Assembly: GCA_964454615.1 (NCBI GenBank)
Contig: CAYVTP010000006.1
Location: 1 to 38,058 of the forward strand
Direction: 5' to 3'
Source of the DNA: an uncultured Acidimicrobiaceae bacterium
GTDB taxonomy: Bacteria > Actinomycetota > Acidimicrobiia > Spongiisociales > ZC4RG35
DNA length: 38,058 bases
Shown: positions 28,112 to 36,678 of the stretch, in pieces
Position numbering within the stretch: position 1 is the stretch's first letter
Layout: each line of letters starts with the position of its first letter
Position numbers and translations under genes: made by a program
Notes under the pieces: generated by a model
Told to the model about the DNA's origin: nothing
Databases searched by the model: none
Seen by the model: the letters and a program-made list of their open reading frames with translations, nothing else

Positions 28112-28219
28112 GGTGTTCCATCGTTCCTGCGGGAGCATTCAAATCGATTGGTCGTCCCGTGCCGGGGTTTGGCTGCGAGGCGGTCGCAGGCGAGTCTACG
28201 GATCGGCAACAATGGGAAC

Positions 28220-28831
28220 ATGACGGACAACCTCTGGCGTCCCCACCCGTGGCACGGGCTCGAGACCGGCCCCGAGCCTCCGGTCATGATCACCGCCTAC
28301 ATCGAACTGACACCGTTCGACGTCATCAAGTACGAGGTCGACAAGACGACCGGCTACCTGAAGGTCGACCGGCCGCAGCGGACCTCATCCTCCCCGCCCA
28401 CGCTGTACGGGTTCATACCCCGCACCTATGCCGGCGACCGGGTCGGCGACCTGTGCCCTGGTGCTTCTTCCGGGGACGGCGACCCGATGGATGTGTGCGT
28501 CATCTCGGAGCGGGCCATCGACCGGGCCGACATCCTCCTCACCGCGAGGGTCGTGGGAGGGCTCCAGATGCTCGACGGGGGAGAGGCGGACGACAAGATC
28601 GTGGCGGTGATCGACCGGGATCCGGTGTGGGCGGGGGTCCAGGACCTGGTGGAGCTACCCGAAGCACTGATAGACCGTCTGACCCATTATTTCGAGACCT
28701 ACAAGCTCACTCCCGGCGTGGCGGCCGATGTTGCCGTCCAGCGACGCTACGGCAGGGAACACGCCTATCGGGTCATCGAGGCCTCGATGCAGGACTACGA
28801 CGAGACCTTCGGATCCTCAGGAAGGGACTGA
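28220..28831 (+). CDS. ppa: Soluble inorganic pyrophosphatase (family I)
   Basis: [41 protein letters not shown]; ATG 6 nt after AACAAT. Confidence 0.95.
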   Translation: MTDNLWRPHPWHGLETGPEPPVMITAYIELTPFDVIKYEVDKTTGYLKVDRPQRTSSSPPTLYGFIPRTYAGDRVGDLCPGASSGDGDPMDVCVISERAIDRADILLTARVVGGLQMLDGGEADDKIVAVIDRDPVWAGVQDLVELPEALIDRLTHYFETYKLTPGVAADVAVQRRYGREHAYRVIEASMQDYDETFGSSGRD

Positions 28832-28887
28832 GCCCAGGCGGAGGGCTGGCTGACGTCGTCCTCCACTCCGGTGGTCGTCGGACCCGG

Positions 28888-30588
28888 TCACCTCTTCCCG
28901 TTCAGGTACAGGTCCCTGAACTTCCTCTCGGCATGGCGGTCGCCCATGATCATCAGCCGGAGCCCCGGGTCGTCGCTGATCACGTGGGTGTCCTTGAGGA
29001 TCGCCCCGCTGTCATCGGTCAAGGCGACGATGTCACAACCGGTCATCCCGATCACGTCGGGGTCGTGGACCGATCGGCCCATCAACGGCGGCGGGGCAGG
29101 GACCAGGACCAGCTCCAACCCTTCGATCAGGACCACCCTCTGGTCGCTTCCCAGAGTGTTCCATATGGCGGTGGCTCCTATCGCCGCATAGGACAGAACC
29201 CCGTCGGCACCGGCCCGATAGAGGGTGGTGACATTGCGCTCGTGGGTTGCACGGGCCATCACCTGTATTCCCGGCTTGAGACGTCGGCAGTAGAGGGTGA
29301 GATAGATGTTGACGTCATCGTCATGCGTGGTCACCAGGACCGCCGAGGCAGTTGCGAGCCCGGCGGCTTTGAGGTTCTCCAACTCGGCGGCGTCACCCCT
29401 GATGACCGTGAATTTCGATGGGAGCGGAACTTGGGACTTCTCGATGATTGTGCACGGGACGCCACTGCTGGCCAGCACCTCTGCCGCCGATCGGCCCACC
29501 CTTCCCCCACCCAGTATGAGCACCGGGCTCTCCTCGGTCCCGTGCTGCGCGCTCAGCTGCCGGTCGTAGGTGGCGAGCTCGGCGTCGGAGCCGGCGAAGA
29601 TCAGCATCGTGTCCTCGGTCATCACCGACTTCGGGTCAGGCACCTCGGGTACACCGTGATCGGAGATGGCAAGAAGGATGGGGCCCGCCTCACCACCGAT
29701 CGCGAGGTCCTCGACGCGGGATCCCACCAGCGGAGTGCCCCGGACCCCGGCCTCGGCGATCCGGGTGGGGCCAAAATGGCCCACGGTGTGGGTCCTTCCG
29801 GTGGTGCCCAGCACCCGGCGGGCCATCGCCGTTCCCAAACCGGAAGCAAGCTGGATCACGTTGTCGGCTCCAGCAAGCTCCAGAACGTCGATGGAGGCCG
29901 GGCTGTCGGCGGTGACCACGATCTTGACATCGGGGTCCGCTTCGCGGACGGTGAAGGCGATGTTGGTGTTGATGGTGTCCGACTGGGTTGAGGCCACCAG
30001 GCTGGCCCGTTCGACTCCCGCTCGCAGATAGGTTCGGGGCTCGTCTAGAGCCCCGATCATCACCTGGTAGCCGGCGTCGCGCACCGCAGCCGCGGCGGTT
30101 GCATCGTCGACCAGGACCACATGAGGGATGTTGGAGCGCTTGGCCCGGGCGATCAAGGCCTGAGAGACGGGGTCCAACCTGGTGACGACGATGTGACCCG
30201 CGAGATCGTCGGGCACGGAGCGAGGTGTCCGGCTCGCCTCCCTCTGATCCATCCACGGAGAGAAGATGAACTGGATCAATGAGAAAGGCAGCAGGACGAG
30301 AAGGAACATGATCCCGCTGAGCAGAACCACAACAGAGAAGACCCGACCTATGTCCGACTCGAAGGTGATGTCGCCGAAACCCAGTGTCGACATGGTCACC
30401 AGGGTCCAGTAGAACGAGGTGGTCCAGGTGTAGTCGCGTCCTTCCAACGCCATGAGGAGGTGGAAGGTGGCGCTGTACAGGACGACCAACATGGCGAGGG
30501 CGACGAACATCCACGCCACGACGCGGACGTTCCTCCGCTGTTGGTGGGTGCCACCCACCAGGCCGAGCAGTGTGCCGAGGGTCTTCAT
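28888..30588 (-). CDS. Potassium channel with two RCK (TrkA-N/C) modules
   Basis: 2 TM helices with pore filter TMSTLGFGD; RCK1 and RCK2 (ILGGGRVG; GDAA; AGADGV). Start moved from 30780. Confidence 0.92.
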   Translation of the reverse strand: MKTLGTLLGLVGGTHQQRRNVRVVAWMFVALAMLVVLYSATFHLLMALEGRDYTWTTSFYWTLVTMSTLGFGDITFESDIGRVFSVVVLLSGIMFLLVLLPFSLIQFIFSPWMDQREASRTPRSVPDDLAGHIVVTRLDPVSQALIARAKRSNIPHVVLVDDATAAAAVRDAGYQVMIGALDEPRTYLRAGVERASLVASTQSDTINTNIAFTVREADPDVKIVVTADSPASIDVLELAGADNVIQLASGLGTAMARRVLGTTGRTHTVGHFGPTRIAEAGVRGTPLVGSRVEDLAIGGEAGPILLAISDHGVPEVPDPKSVMTEDTMLIFAGSDAELATYDRQLSAQHGTEESPVLILGGGRVGRSAAEVLASSGVPCTIIEKSQVPLPSKFTVIRGDAAELENLKAAGLATASAVLVTTHDDDVNIYLTLYCRRLKPGIQVMARATHERNVTTLYRAGADGVLSYAAIGATAIWNTLGSDQRVVLIEGLELVLVPAPPPLMGRSVHDPDVIGMTGCDIVALTDDSGAILKDTHVISDDPGLRLMIMGDRHAERKFRDLYLNGKR

Positions 30589-30802
30589 GGTGTCATTTCC
30601 GTATCTTGCTGTCTCCTGGCCCGGACTGGCGCTATCGGCGGTGGGGGTCCAGGCAAACCAAGATGCCAGCCTAGAGGCCCCAGCCATTCCAGACTCTGCG
30701 TATGCGTGGCGGCTTGGGATCTCCGTGCCAACCCTCTGGTGGCACGATTTCGCTCGTCCAATCCGCCTGGTCCCGGCCACGTGTGGGGCCGGCCAGCGCC
30801 GG

Positions 30803-30852
30803 TGTTATCGTGAGACAGGTCTCACGGAGCGCCGGGAAGTCTGGTCGGCGGC
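30803..30852 (+). promoter_or_regulatory. Putative mrp promoter, operator-like palindrome and structured 5' leader
   Basis: TGtTATCGT (30803-30811), perfect IR CGTGAGAC-AG-GTCTCACG (30809-30826), hairpin CGCCG-GGAAGTCTGGT-CGGCG (30830-30850). Confidence 0.45.
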
Positions 30853-30945
30853 ATCTCATGGAGTCCCGATGGTTTCCTGGCATCAGTTCGATCCGATACG
30901 CCCGGTGAGGGCTGGCCTCGAGCGCCGCCCCGGCGTGTGCCGGAC

Positions 30946-33693
30946 GTGACGGCGGCATTCGCCATCCAGGTCCTGGTCGGTCTGGCCTGTCTGGTCGCCG
31001 GCCGGCGCATCGGGCGCCACGTGTTCCTCCTGGGGGCACTCGGCCCCTTGATTGCGCTCGTACCGGTCTTGTCCTGGATGGCCGGCGGCCAGCCGGTCGT
31101 CGTCGAAACCTTCGAGTGGCTCCCGGCGTTGGGCCTGACCCTCGACTACCGGTTGGACGGCTTCTCCGCCCTGATGGTGGGGCTGATCGGTGGCATCGGA
31201 ATCCTCGTCTTCCTCTATTCGTGGTCCTACTTCTCCCCGCGACAGGGCCTGGAACGGTTCGCCTTCTACCTGGTGGTGTTCGCCGCTTCGATGTTCGGCC
31301 TGGTCGTCGCCGACAACCTGATCCTGCTGTTCGTCTTCTGGGAGCTCACCTCGGTGATGTCCTACCTCCTGATCGGCTTCCAGGACGACAAGGCCGATGC
31401 GCGATCGAGCGCCCTTCAGGCCCTGCTGGTCACCGGGTTGGGAGGCTTGGTAATGCTCGCCGGCCTGATCCTTCTGGCCCAGGTCGGGGGCACCTACTCG
31501 ATGTCGGGCCTGCTGGCTGATCCCCCGATGGACGCAACCGCCGGTGTGGCCCTTGGCATGATCCTGGTGGGCGCCTTCACCAAGTCGGCCCAGTTCCCGT
31601 TCCACTTCTGGCTTCCCGGAGCGATGGCCGCACCCACACCGGTCAGTGCCTATCTCCACTCGGCGACCATGGTCAAGGGGGGTATCTACCTGGTGGCCCG
31701 TTTGGCGCCGGTCTACGCCCCGCTCATACCGTGGTGGCGTCCGGTGCTGGCGGCGGTGGGGCTCACCACCATGGTCGTTGGGGGCTGGAGGGCCCTGTCC
31801 CAAACCGACCTGAAGCTGTTGCTGGCACAGGGCACTGTTTCCCAACTGGGCTTCATCATGGTCCTGGTCGGATGGGGAAGCCCGGGCCTGATGTTCGCCG
31901 GGGTGGCGATGATCTTCGGCCACGCGGTGTTCAAGGGGGCTCTGTTCATGGTGGCCGGGATCATCGACCACCAGGCCCACACCCGGGACATCCGCAAGCT
32001 GAGCGGGCTACGACGGAAGCTGCCGGGGACCTTCCGTCTGGCGGTGGTGGCCACCGCATCCATGATGGGGCTTCCCCCTCTGCTCGGCTTCCTGACCAAG
32101 GAGTCGGCACTCGAGGCCCTGGTCGGGTCGGCCCCATGGATGGTGACCGGCCTGGTGACCGTCGGCTCGATGCTCACGGTGGCCTACGGTCTCCGGTTCC
32201 TCCACGGAACATTCGCCCGCAAGGCCGGCGTCGAACCGACCGTCCTGGATGTTCCCTCGGGGGCTTTCCAGGCTCCGGCGGCAGTCCTTGCATCGCTGAC
32301 AATCGTCGGTGGTCTCCTGGCCTGGCTCCCCGACCGGATCGTGGGAGTGGCCGCCGAAGCCCTGGATCCCGCGGCCGCCGGCAACTACCTGGCCCTGTGG
32401 CATGGGTTTGGCCTGCCCCTCCTGCTTTCGGGTGCCGCCGTCGTCGGAGGCTGGGCCATCTGGAGGGCGCCGCTCCGGCGGGTGATGGCGGTGACACGGA
32501 GGGCCCCGGACGGTGCCAGGGTGTACGCCCGGACGCTGTCCGGTCTGACCCGCATCGCCGACAGGGTGACCGCCATAGTCCAGAACGGTTCGCTGCCGGT
32601 GTACCTGGCGGTGATCCTGTCCACGGCTGTGATGGTGCCCGGGGTGCTGATGGCGATGAACTGGAGGGTCCTCCCGGAGATCACCCTCGCCGAGTCCCCG
32701 GTGCAGGCGGTGACCGCGGTCCTGGTGGTTGTGGCGGCGATCGCCATGACCCTGGCACGTAGACGTATCGGGGCGGTGCTCCTGCTCGGGGCGGTCGGCT
32801 ACGGGGTGGCGGTCCTGTTCGTCATCCAGGGTGCACCCGACCTGGCGTTGACTCAATTGCTCATCGAAACCCTGTTCCTTGCCTTGTTCGTGGTGGTGCT
32901 GAGCCGCTTCCCGGACCGCTTCGAGGTGGCGCAGTCCCAGATCCGAAAGGTCAGCCGGATCACTGTCTCCATCCTGGTGGGTGCCGCCGCCATGGGCCTG
33001 TCGGCCTGGGCGTTGGCCGGCAGGGTGGGCACATCCCTGGCCCCCGAGTTCATGGCCCGGGCCGAGCCGGAGGGCGGGGGACGCAATGTCGTGAACGTGA
33101 TACTGACCGACTTCCGGGCCCTGGACACCCTGGGGGAGATCACCGTGCTCGTCCTGGCGGCGATGGGTGCCATCTCCCTGGTCCGGGCGCGACTCCCGAA
33201 GGGCTCTGCTGCACTCGCCACCCCGCCGGACCCGATGCCCGCGAGCCGGCGACGCTTCCTCTCGGAGCCCCCCATGATCCTCGACGTGGTGGTCGACGTG
33301 GTGCTTCGCACCGCCGTCGTCTTCTCCCTGTTCCTCCTCTTCTCAGGCCACAACGCCCCCGGCGGCGGCTTCATCGGTGGACTCGTCGCAGGGATCTGTC
33401 TGGTGTTGGCGTACATCGTCGGAGGCGAGGATCGGATGATTGGGCTGGTCCGGGCTAGGGCCGACCAGATCTTCGGCGTCGGCCTGTTCATCGCGGTCAT
33501 GGTCGGGGGCGCCGGATACATCTGGGGCACCGGCTTCTTCGACGCCAGCATCGTCGAGCTGACCGTCCCTGTGCTCGGTCAGATCAAGGCCACCTCGGCC
33601 CTGGTCTTCGACATCGGGGTGTTCGGCGTCGTTCTCGGGCTGTCCGCAGCGCTGTTCGGCGCCCTGGGCGACGACAAGGAGACGGCGACATGA
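30946..33693 (+). CDS. mrpA: Mrp Na+/H+ antiporter subunit A fused to B
   Basis: FWELTS, KSAQFPFHFWLPGAMAAPTPVSAYLHSATMVKGG, APDLALTQL, NVVNVILTDFRALDTLGE, GHNAPGGGFIGG. Start 30946 or 30937. Confidence 0.95.
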   Translation: MTAAFAIQVLVGLACLVAGRRIGRHVFLLGALGPLIALVPVLSWMAGGQPVVVETFEWLPALGLTLDYRLDGFSALMVGLIGGIGILVFLYSWSYFSPRQGLERFAFYLVVFAASMFGLVVADNLILLFVFWELTSVMSYLLIGFQDDKADARSSALQALLVTGLGGLVMLAGLILLAQVGGTYSMSGLLADPPMDATAGVALGMILVGAFTKSAQFPFHFWLPGAMAAPTPVSAYLHSATMVKGGIYLVARLAPVYAPLIPWWRPVLAAVGLTTMVVGGWRALSQTDLKLLLAQGTVSQLGFIMVLVGWGSPGLMFAGVAMIFGHAVFKGALFMVAGIIDHQAHTRDIRKLSGLRRKLPGTFRLAVVATASMMGLPPLLGFLTKESALEALVGSAPWMVTGLVTVGSMLTVAYGLRFLHGTFARKAGVEPTVLDVPSGAFQAPAAVLASLTIVGGLLAWLPDRIVGVAAEALDPAAAGNYLALWHGFGLPLLLSGAAVVGGWAIWRAPLRRVMAVTRRAPDGARVYARTLSGLTRIADRVTAIVQNGSLPVYLAVILSTAVMVPGVLMAMNWRVLPEITLAESPVQAVTAVLVVVAAIAMTLARRRIGAVLLLGAVGYGVAVLFVIQGAPDLALTQLLIETLFLALFVVVLSRFPDRFEVAQSQIRKVSRITVSILVGAAAMGLSAWALAGRVGTSLAPEFMARAEPEGGGRNVVNVILTDFRALDTLGEITVLVLAAMGAISLVRARLPKGSAALATPPDPMPASRRRFLSEPPMILDVVVDVVLRTAVVFSLFLLFSGHNAPGGGFIGGLVAGICLVLAYIVGGEDRMIGLVRARADQIFGVGLFIAVMVGGAGYIWGTGFFDASIVELTVPVLGQIKATSALVFDIGVFGVVLGLSAALFGALGDDKETAT

Positions 33694-34088
33694 TCCTCGT
33701 CCTCATCCTGACGATCGGCGTCCTGTACGGGGCGGGGGCCTACCTGATGCTGCAGAGGAACCTCACCAGGATCGTCCTCGGCCTTGCCTCTATCGGCCAC
33801 GGGGCCAACCTCCTCCTCCTGGTGGCAGGGGGGCGCGCCGGCGAGGCGCCGCTGGTGGGCGAGTCGGGTGGACCGTTTGCCGATCCGCTGCCCCAGGCCC
33901 TCGCCCTAACCGCCATCGTCATCACATTCGGGGTGAGCGCCTATCTCCTCGCCCTCTCATACCGGAGCTGGCTGATAACCAGGTCGGACACCGTCGAGGA
34001 CGACGTCGAGGATCGCCGGATAGCCGACATGGCGGCACGACGACGAACCGAGGACCGGCGACCCGGCTCCGAGGGGGACCAGCCATGA
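33690..34088 (+). CDS. mrpC: Mrp antiporter subunit C
   Basis: GHGANLLL, DPLPQALALTAIVI; ATGA overlap. Confidence 0.95.
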   Translation: MILVLILTIGVLYGAGAYLMLQRNLTRIVLGLASIGHGANLLLLVAGGRAGEAPLVGESGGPFADPLPQALALTAIVITFGVSAYLLALSYRSWLITRSDTVEDDVEDRRIADMAARRRTEDRRPGSEGDQP

Positions 34089-35563
34089 ACGCCGCCGTCT
34101 TCCTGATAGCCGGCCCGCTGGGGGCCGCAGCCCTCTCCGCCACGCTCCGTCGCTTCCCGACCAGCCGGCGTCTGCTGAGCGTCGCGGTTCTCGGCCTGTG
34201 CATCGTGGCCTCCGCATCCCTGGTCGCAGAAGTCGCCGACGGAACCGTCCAGGTCCTCCACGTCGGGGGATGGCAATGGCCGTTGGGCATCACGCTCGTG
34301 GCGGACCCTCTGGCGGCGATCATGCTGCTGGTCTCCTCGATCGCCCTGTTCGCCGTCCTGGTCTACACCATCGGGAGCCCGCGCACAGACGACACGAGGA
34401 CCTTCTTCCATCCCGTCTACCTGATCCTGGCGGCAGGAGTGGCTCTCTCCTTCCTCACCGGCGACCTCTTCAACCTGTTCGTCGCCTTCGAGGTCAGCCT
34501 GATGGCCAGCTATGTGCTGATCACATTCGGCGGGACCCGTCTCCAGGTGAAGCACGGCATCACCTACATCGTCATCAGCCTCATGGCGTCGGCTCTCTTC
34601 ATCACCGCGGTCGGTCTGGTCTACGCGGCGACCGGGACGGTCAACCTGGCAGACCTGTCGGTCCGGCTCGGGGTGATCGACCCCGGGCTGAAGGCCGGTC
34701 TCGGCGCTCTGATCCTGGTGGTGTTCGGGATCAAGGCGGCCATCTTCCCCCTGTTCTTCTGGCTGCCCGACTCGTACCCTGCCGCTCCCTCGCCGGTGAC
34801 CGCGATCTTTGCCGGTCTCCTGACCAAAGTCGGCGTATACGCCATCATCAGGAGTCACACTCTCCTCTTCGGGGAGGCGGAGCCATCGACCTTCCTGCTG
34901 GCAGTCGCCGGGTTGACCATGGTCGTCGGGATCCTCGGGGCGGTCGCCCAGGACGACGTCAAGAGGATCCTGAGCTTCCACATCGTAAGTCAGATCGGGT
35001 ACATGATCTTCGGCCTGGCGCTGTTCACCGTGGCCGGGCTCGCCGCAGCGGTGATCTTCCTGGTCCATCAGATCATCGTGAAGACGTCGCTCTTCCTGGT
35101 TGCCGGGTTGATCGAACAGCGGTCGGGCACATCGGCCTTGCGCCGTGTGGGAGGGCTCCTTCGTTCCAGCCCGGTGCTGGCAGCTCTCTTCATCATCGCC
35201 GCCATGAGCCTCGCCGGGATGCCACCGTCTTCCGGCTTCATAGGGAAGCTGGCTCTCGCCCAGGCCGGCCTGGCGGTCGGTGCCTACCTCACCGTGGCAG
35301 TCTCCCTGGGTGTGAGCATCCTCACCCTGTATTCCATGACGAAGATATGGGCGGGTGTGTTCTGGGGCCGATTCGAGATCCAACCCGAGGCCGAGCTCGT
35401 CGCCTCCCAGGCGGCGCCGCGGCTGATGGTGGCCTCGACTGCATTCCTGGTGGCCGCCAGTGTGGCCTTCGTGGTATTCGCCGGCCCCCTCTACTCCTTC
35501 AGCGAGGTCGCCGCCTCCGGGCTGATCGACCCTTCCGTCTACGTGTCGGCGGTGACCCGATGA
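34085..35563 (+). CDS. mrpD: Mrp antiporter subunit D
   Basis: GDLFNLFVAFEV, KAAIFPLFFWLPDSY, LTKVGVYA, SQIGY, GMPPSSGFIGK. Confidence 0.95.
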   Translation: MNAAVFLIAGPLGAAALSATLRRFPTSRRLLSVAVLGLCIVASASLVAEVADGTVQVLHVGGWQWPLGITLVADPLAAIMLLVSSIALFAVLVYTIGSPRTDDTRTFFHPVYLILAAGVALSFLTGDLFNLFVAFEVSLMASYVLITFGGTRLQVKHGITYIVISLMASALFITAVGLVYAATGTVNLADLSVRLGVIDPGLKAGLGALILVVFGIKAAIFPLFFWLPDSYPAAPSPVTAIFAGLLTKVGVYAIIRSHTLLFGEAEPSTFLLAVAGLTMVVGILGAVAQDDVKRILSFHIVSQIGYMIFGLALFTVAGLAAAVIFLVHQIIVKTSLFLVAGLIEQRSGTSALRRVGGLLRSSPVLAALFIIAAMSLAGMPPSSGFIGKLALAQAGLAVGAYLTVAVSLGVSILTLYSMTKIWAGVFWGRFEIQPEAELVASQAAPRLMVASTAFLVAASVAFVVFAGPLYSFSEVAASGLIDPSVYVSAVTR

Positions 35564-36060
35564 TGAGCCCCTTGATCGTGATTCTGTGGTTGAGCCTGGT
35601 GTGGATGGCCCTGTGGGAGTCGTTCACCTGGGCGAACCTGCTCGGTGGCCTGGTCATTGCGGTGATCGTTGTGTTGCTGGTGCCGCTCCGATCGAAGGCG
35701 CCTCGGGTCGGGTTCCGGCCATGGCGGGCGATCAAGCTGCTCTTCTACTTCATCTGGAAGCTGATGGTGGCATCGCTGATCGTCTCCTGGGAGGTGGTCA
35801 CTCCCACGGACCGCACCAGTCCGGCGGTGGTGTCGGTGCGGCTGGACACGCCCTACCCGGGCATTGTCACCGCGGTGGCCAACATGGTGTCGCTCACCCC
35901 GGGAACCCTGACGGTGGACGTCGATCGCGACCACGCAACCCTGTTCATACATGTTCTCCACTTCAAGTCGGCGGGGGCCACCTCAGGGGATGTGAGGACC
36001 TTGGAGCGGCTCACGGTCGAGGCCTTCCCGTCGCGGCAAGTTGGCCAGGTGGGAACATGA
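35560..36060 (+). CDS. mrpE: Mrp antiporter subunit E
   Basis: ANMVSLTPGTLTVDV...LFIHVL; true start at the ATGA overlap 35560, inside the 34198 ORF. Confidence 0.93.
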   Translation: MMSPLIVILWLSLVWMALWESFTWANLLGGLVIAVIVVLLVPLRSKAPRVGFRPWRAIKLLFYFIWKLMVASLIVSWEVVTPTDRTSPAVVSVRLDTPYPGIVTAVANMVSLTPGTLTVDVDRDHATLFIHVLHFKSAGATSGDVRTLERLTVEAFPSRQVGQVGT

Positions 36061-36320
36061 TCGGGACCGCCGCCACGATTGCTCTGGGCCTGGTCGGCCT
36101 TGCCGGTGTCCTCTTCCTGTTCCAGCTGATCCGGAGCCGGACGGTGGCCAACCGTATGGTGGCGCTCGACGCCCTGCTGCTGGCGGTGGTGGCGGGCATA
36201 GCCGTGGACGCAGCCAGGACCGGGCACGACACCTACCTCAACGTGATGGTGGTGACTGCACTATTGGCCTTTGCCGGGACGGCCCTGGTGGCACGTTTCA
36301 TAGCCAGGAGGGGAAGGTGA
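36057..36320 (+). CDS. mrpF: Mrp antiporter subunit F
   Basis: NRMVALD, ALLAFAGTALVARFI; ATGA overlap at 36057. Confidence 0.92.
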   Translation: MIGTAATIALGLVGLAGVLFLFQLIRSRTVANRMVALDALLLAVVAGIAVDAARTGHDTYLNVMVVTALLAFAGTALVARFIARRGR

Positions 36321-36321
36321 C

Positions 36322-36657
36322 ATGGATCTGATCGCATCCATCCTTCTCATTGCAGGCGGTGGGCTCACCATGCTGGCAGCGGTGGGCCTCATCAGGTTCC
36401 AGGACGTGTTCACCAGGATGCACGCCGCCACCAAGCCGGCGACACTCGGCCTGATCCTCATCCTCACCGGGACGGCCCTGGTCCTTCCGCGGGCCGACCC
36501 GATCGCCAAGCTGGTGCTGGTGATACTGCTGCAGTTCATAACCGCCCCCGTGGGGGCGCACCTGATCGGCCGGGCCGCATTCCGTTCGGCCGAGCCGGTT
36601 CGGGCCGACACCGAGATGGACGATCTCTCGAAGGCCTTGAGGGAGAGTCTCGAGTAG
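36322..36657 (+). CDS. mrpG: Mrp antiporter subunit G
   Basis: [29 protein letters not shown]. Confidence 0.95.
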   Translation: MDLIASILLIAGGGLTMLAAVGLIRFQDVFTRMHAATKPATLGLILILTGTALVLPRADPIAKLVLVILLQFITAPVGAHLIGRAAFRSAEPVRADTEMDDLSKALRESLE

Positions 36658-36678
36658 GGATCGCCGTTCAAGCCGCCT

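Noticed and set aside
30724-30754. Sigma-54 promoter-like TGGCACG within a CGTGCCA/TGGCACG inverted repeat
   Set aside because: GG-to-GC spacing is 9 nt rather than 10; only the 7-bp inverted repeat remains, with no supportable function.
4075-35383. Long antisense or alternative-frame ORFs (e.g. 4075-5217, 16070-17650, 20485-22173, 23924-25351 part, 28087-29991, 33941-35383)
   Set aside because: They overlap well-supported genes, lack recognisable motifs and are expected shadows of high-GC codon bias.
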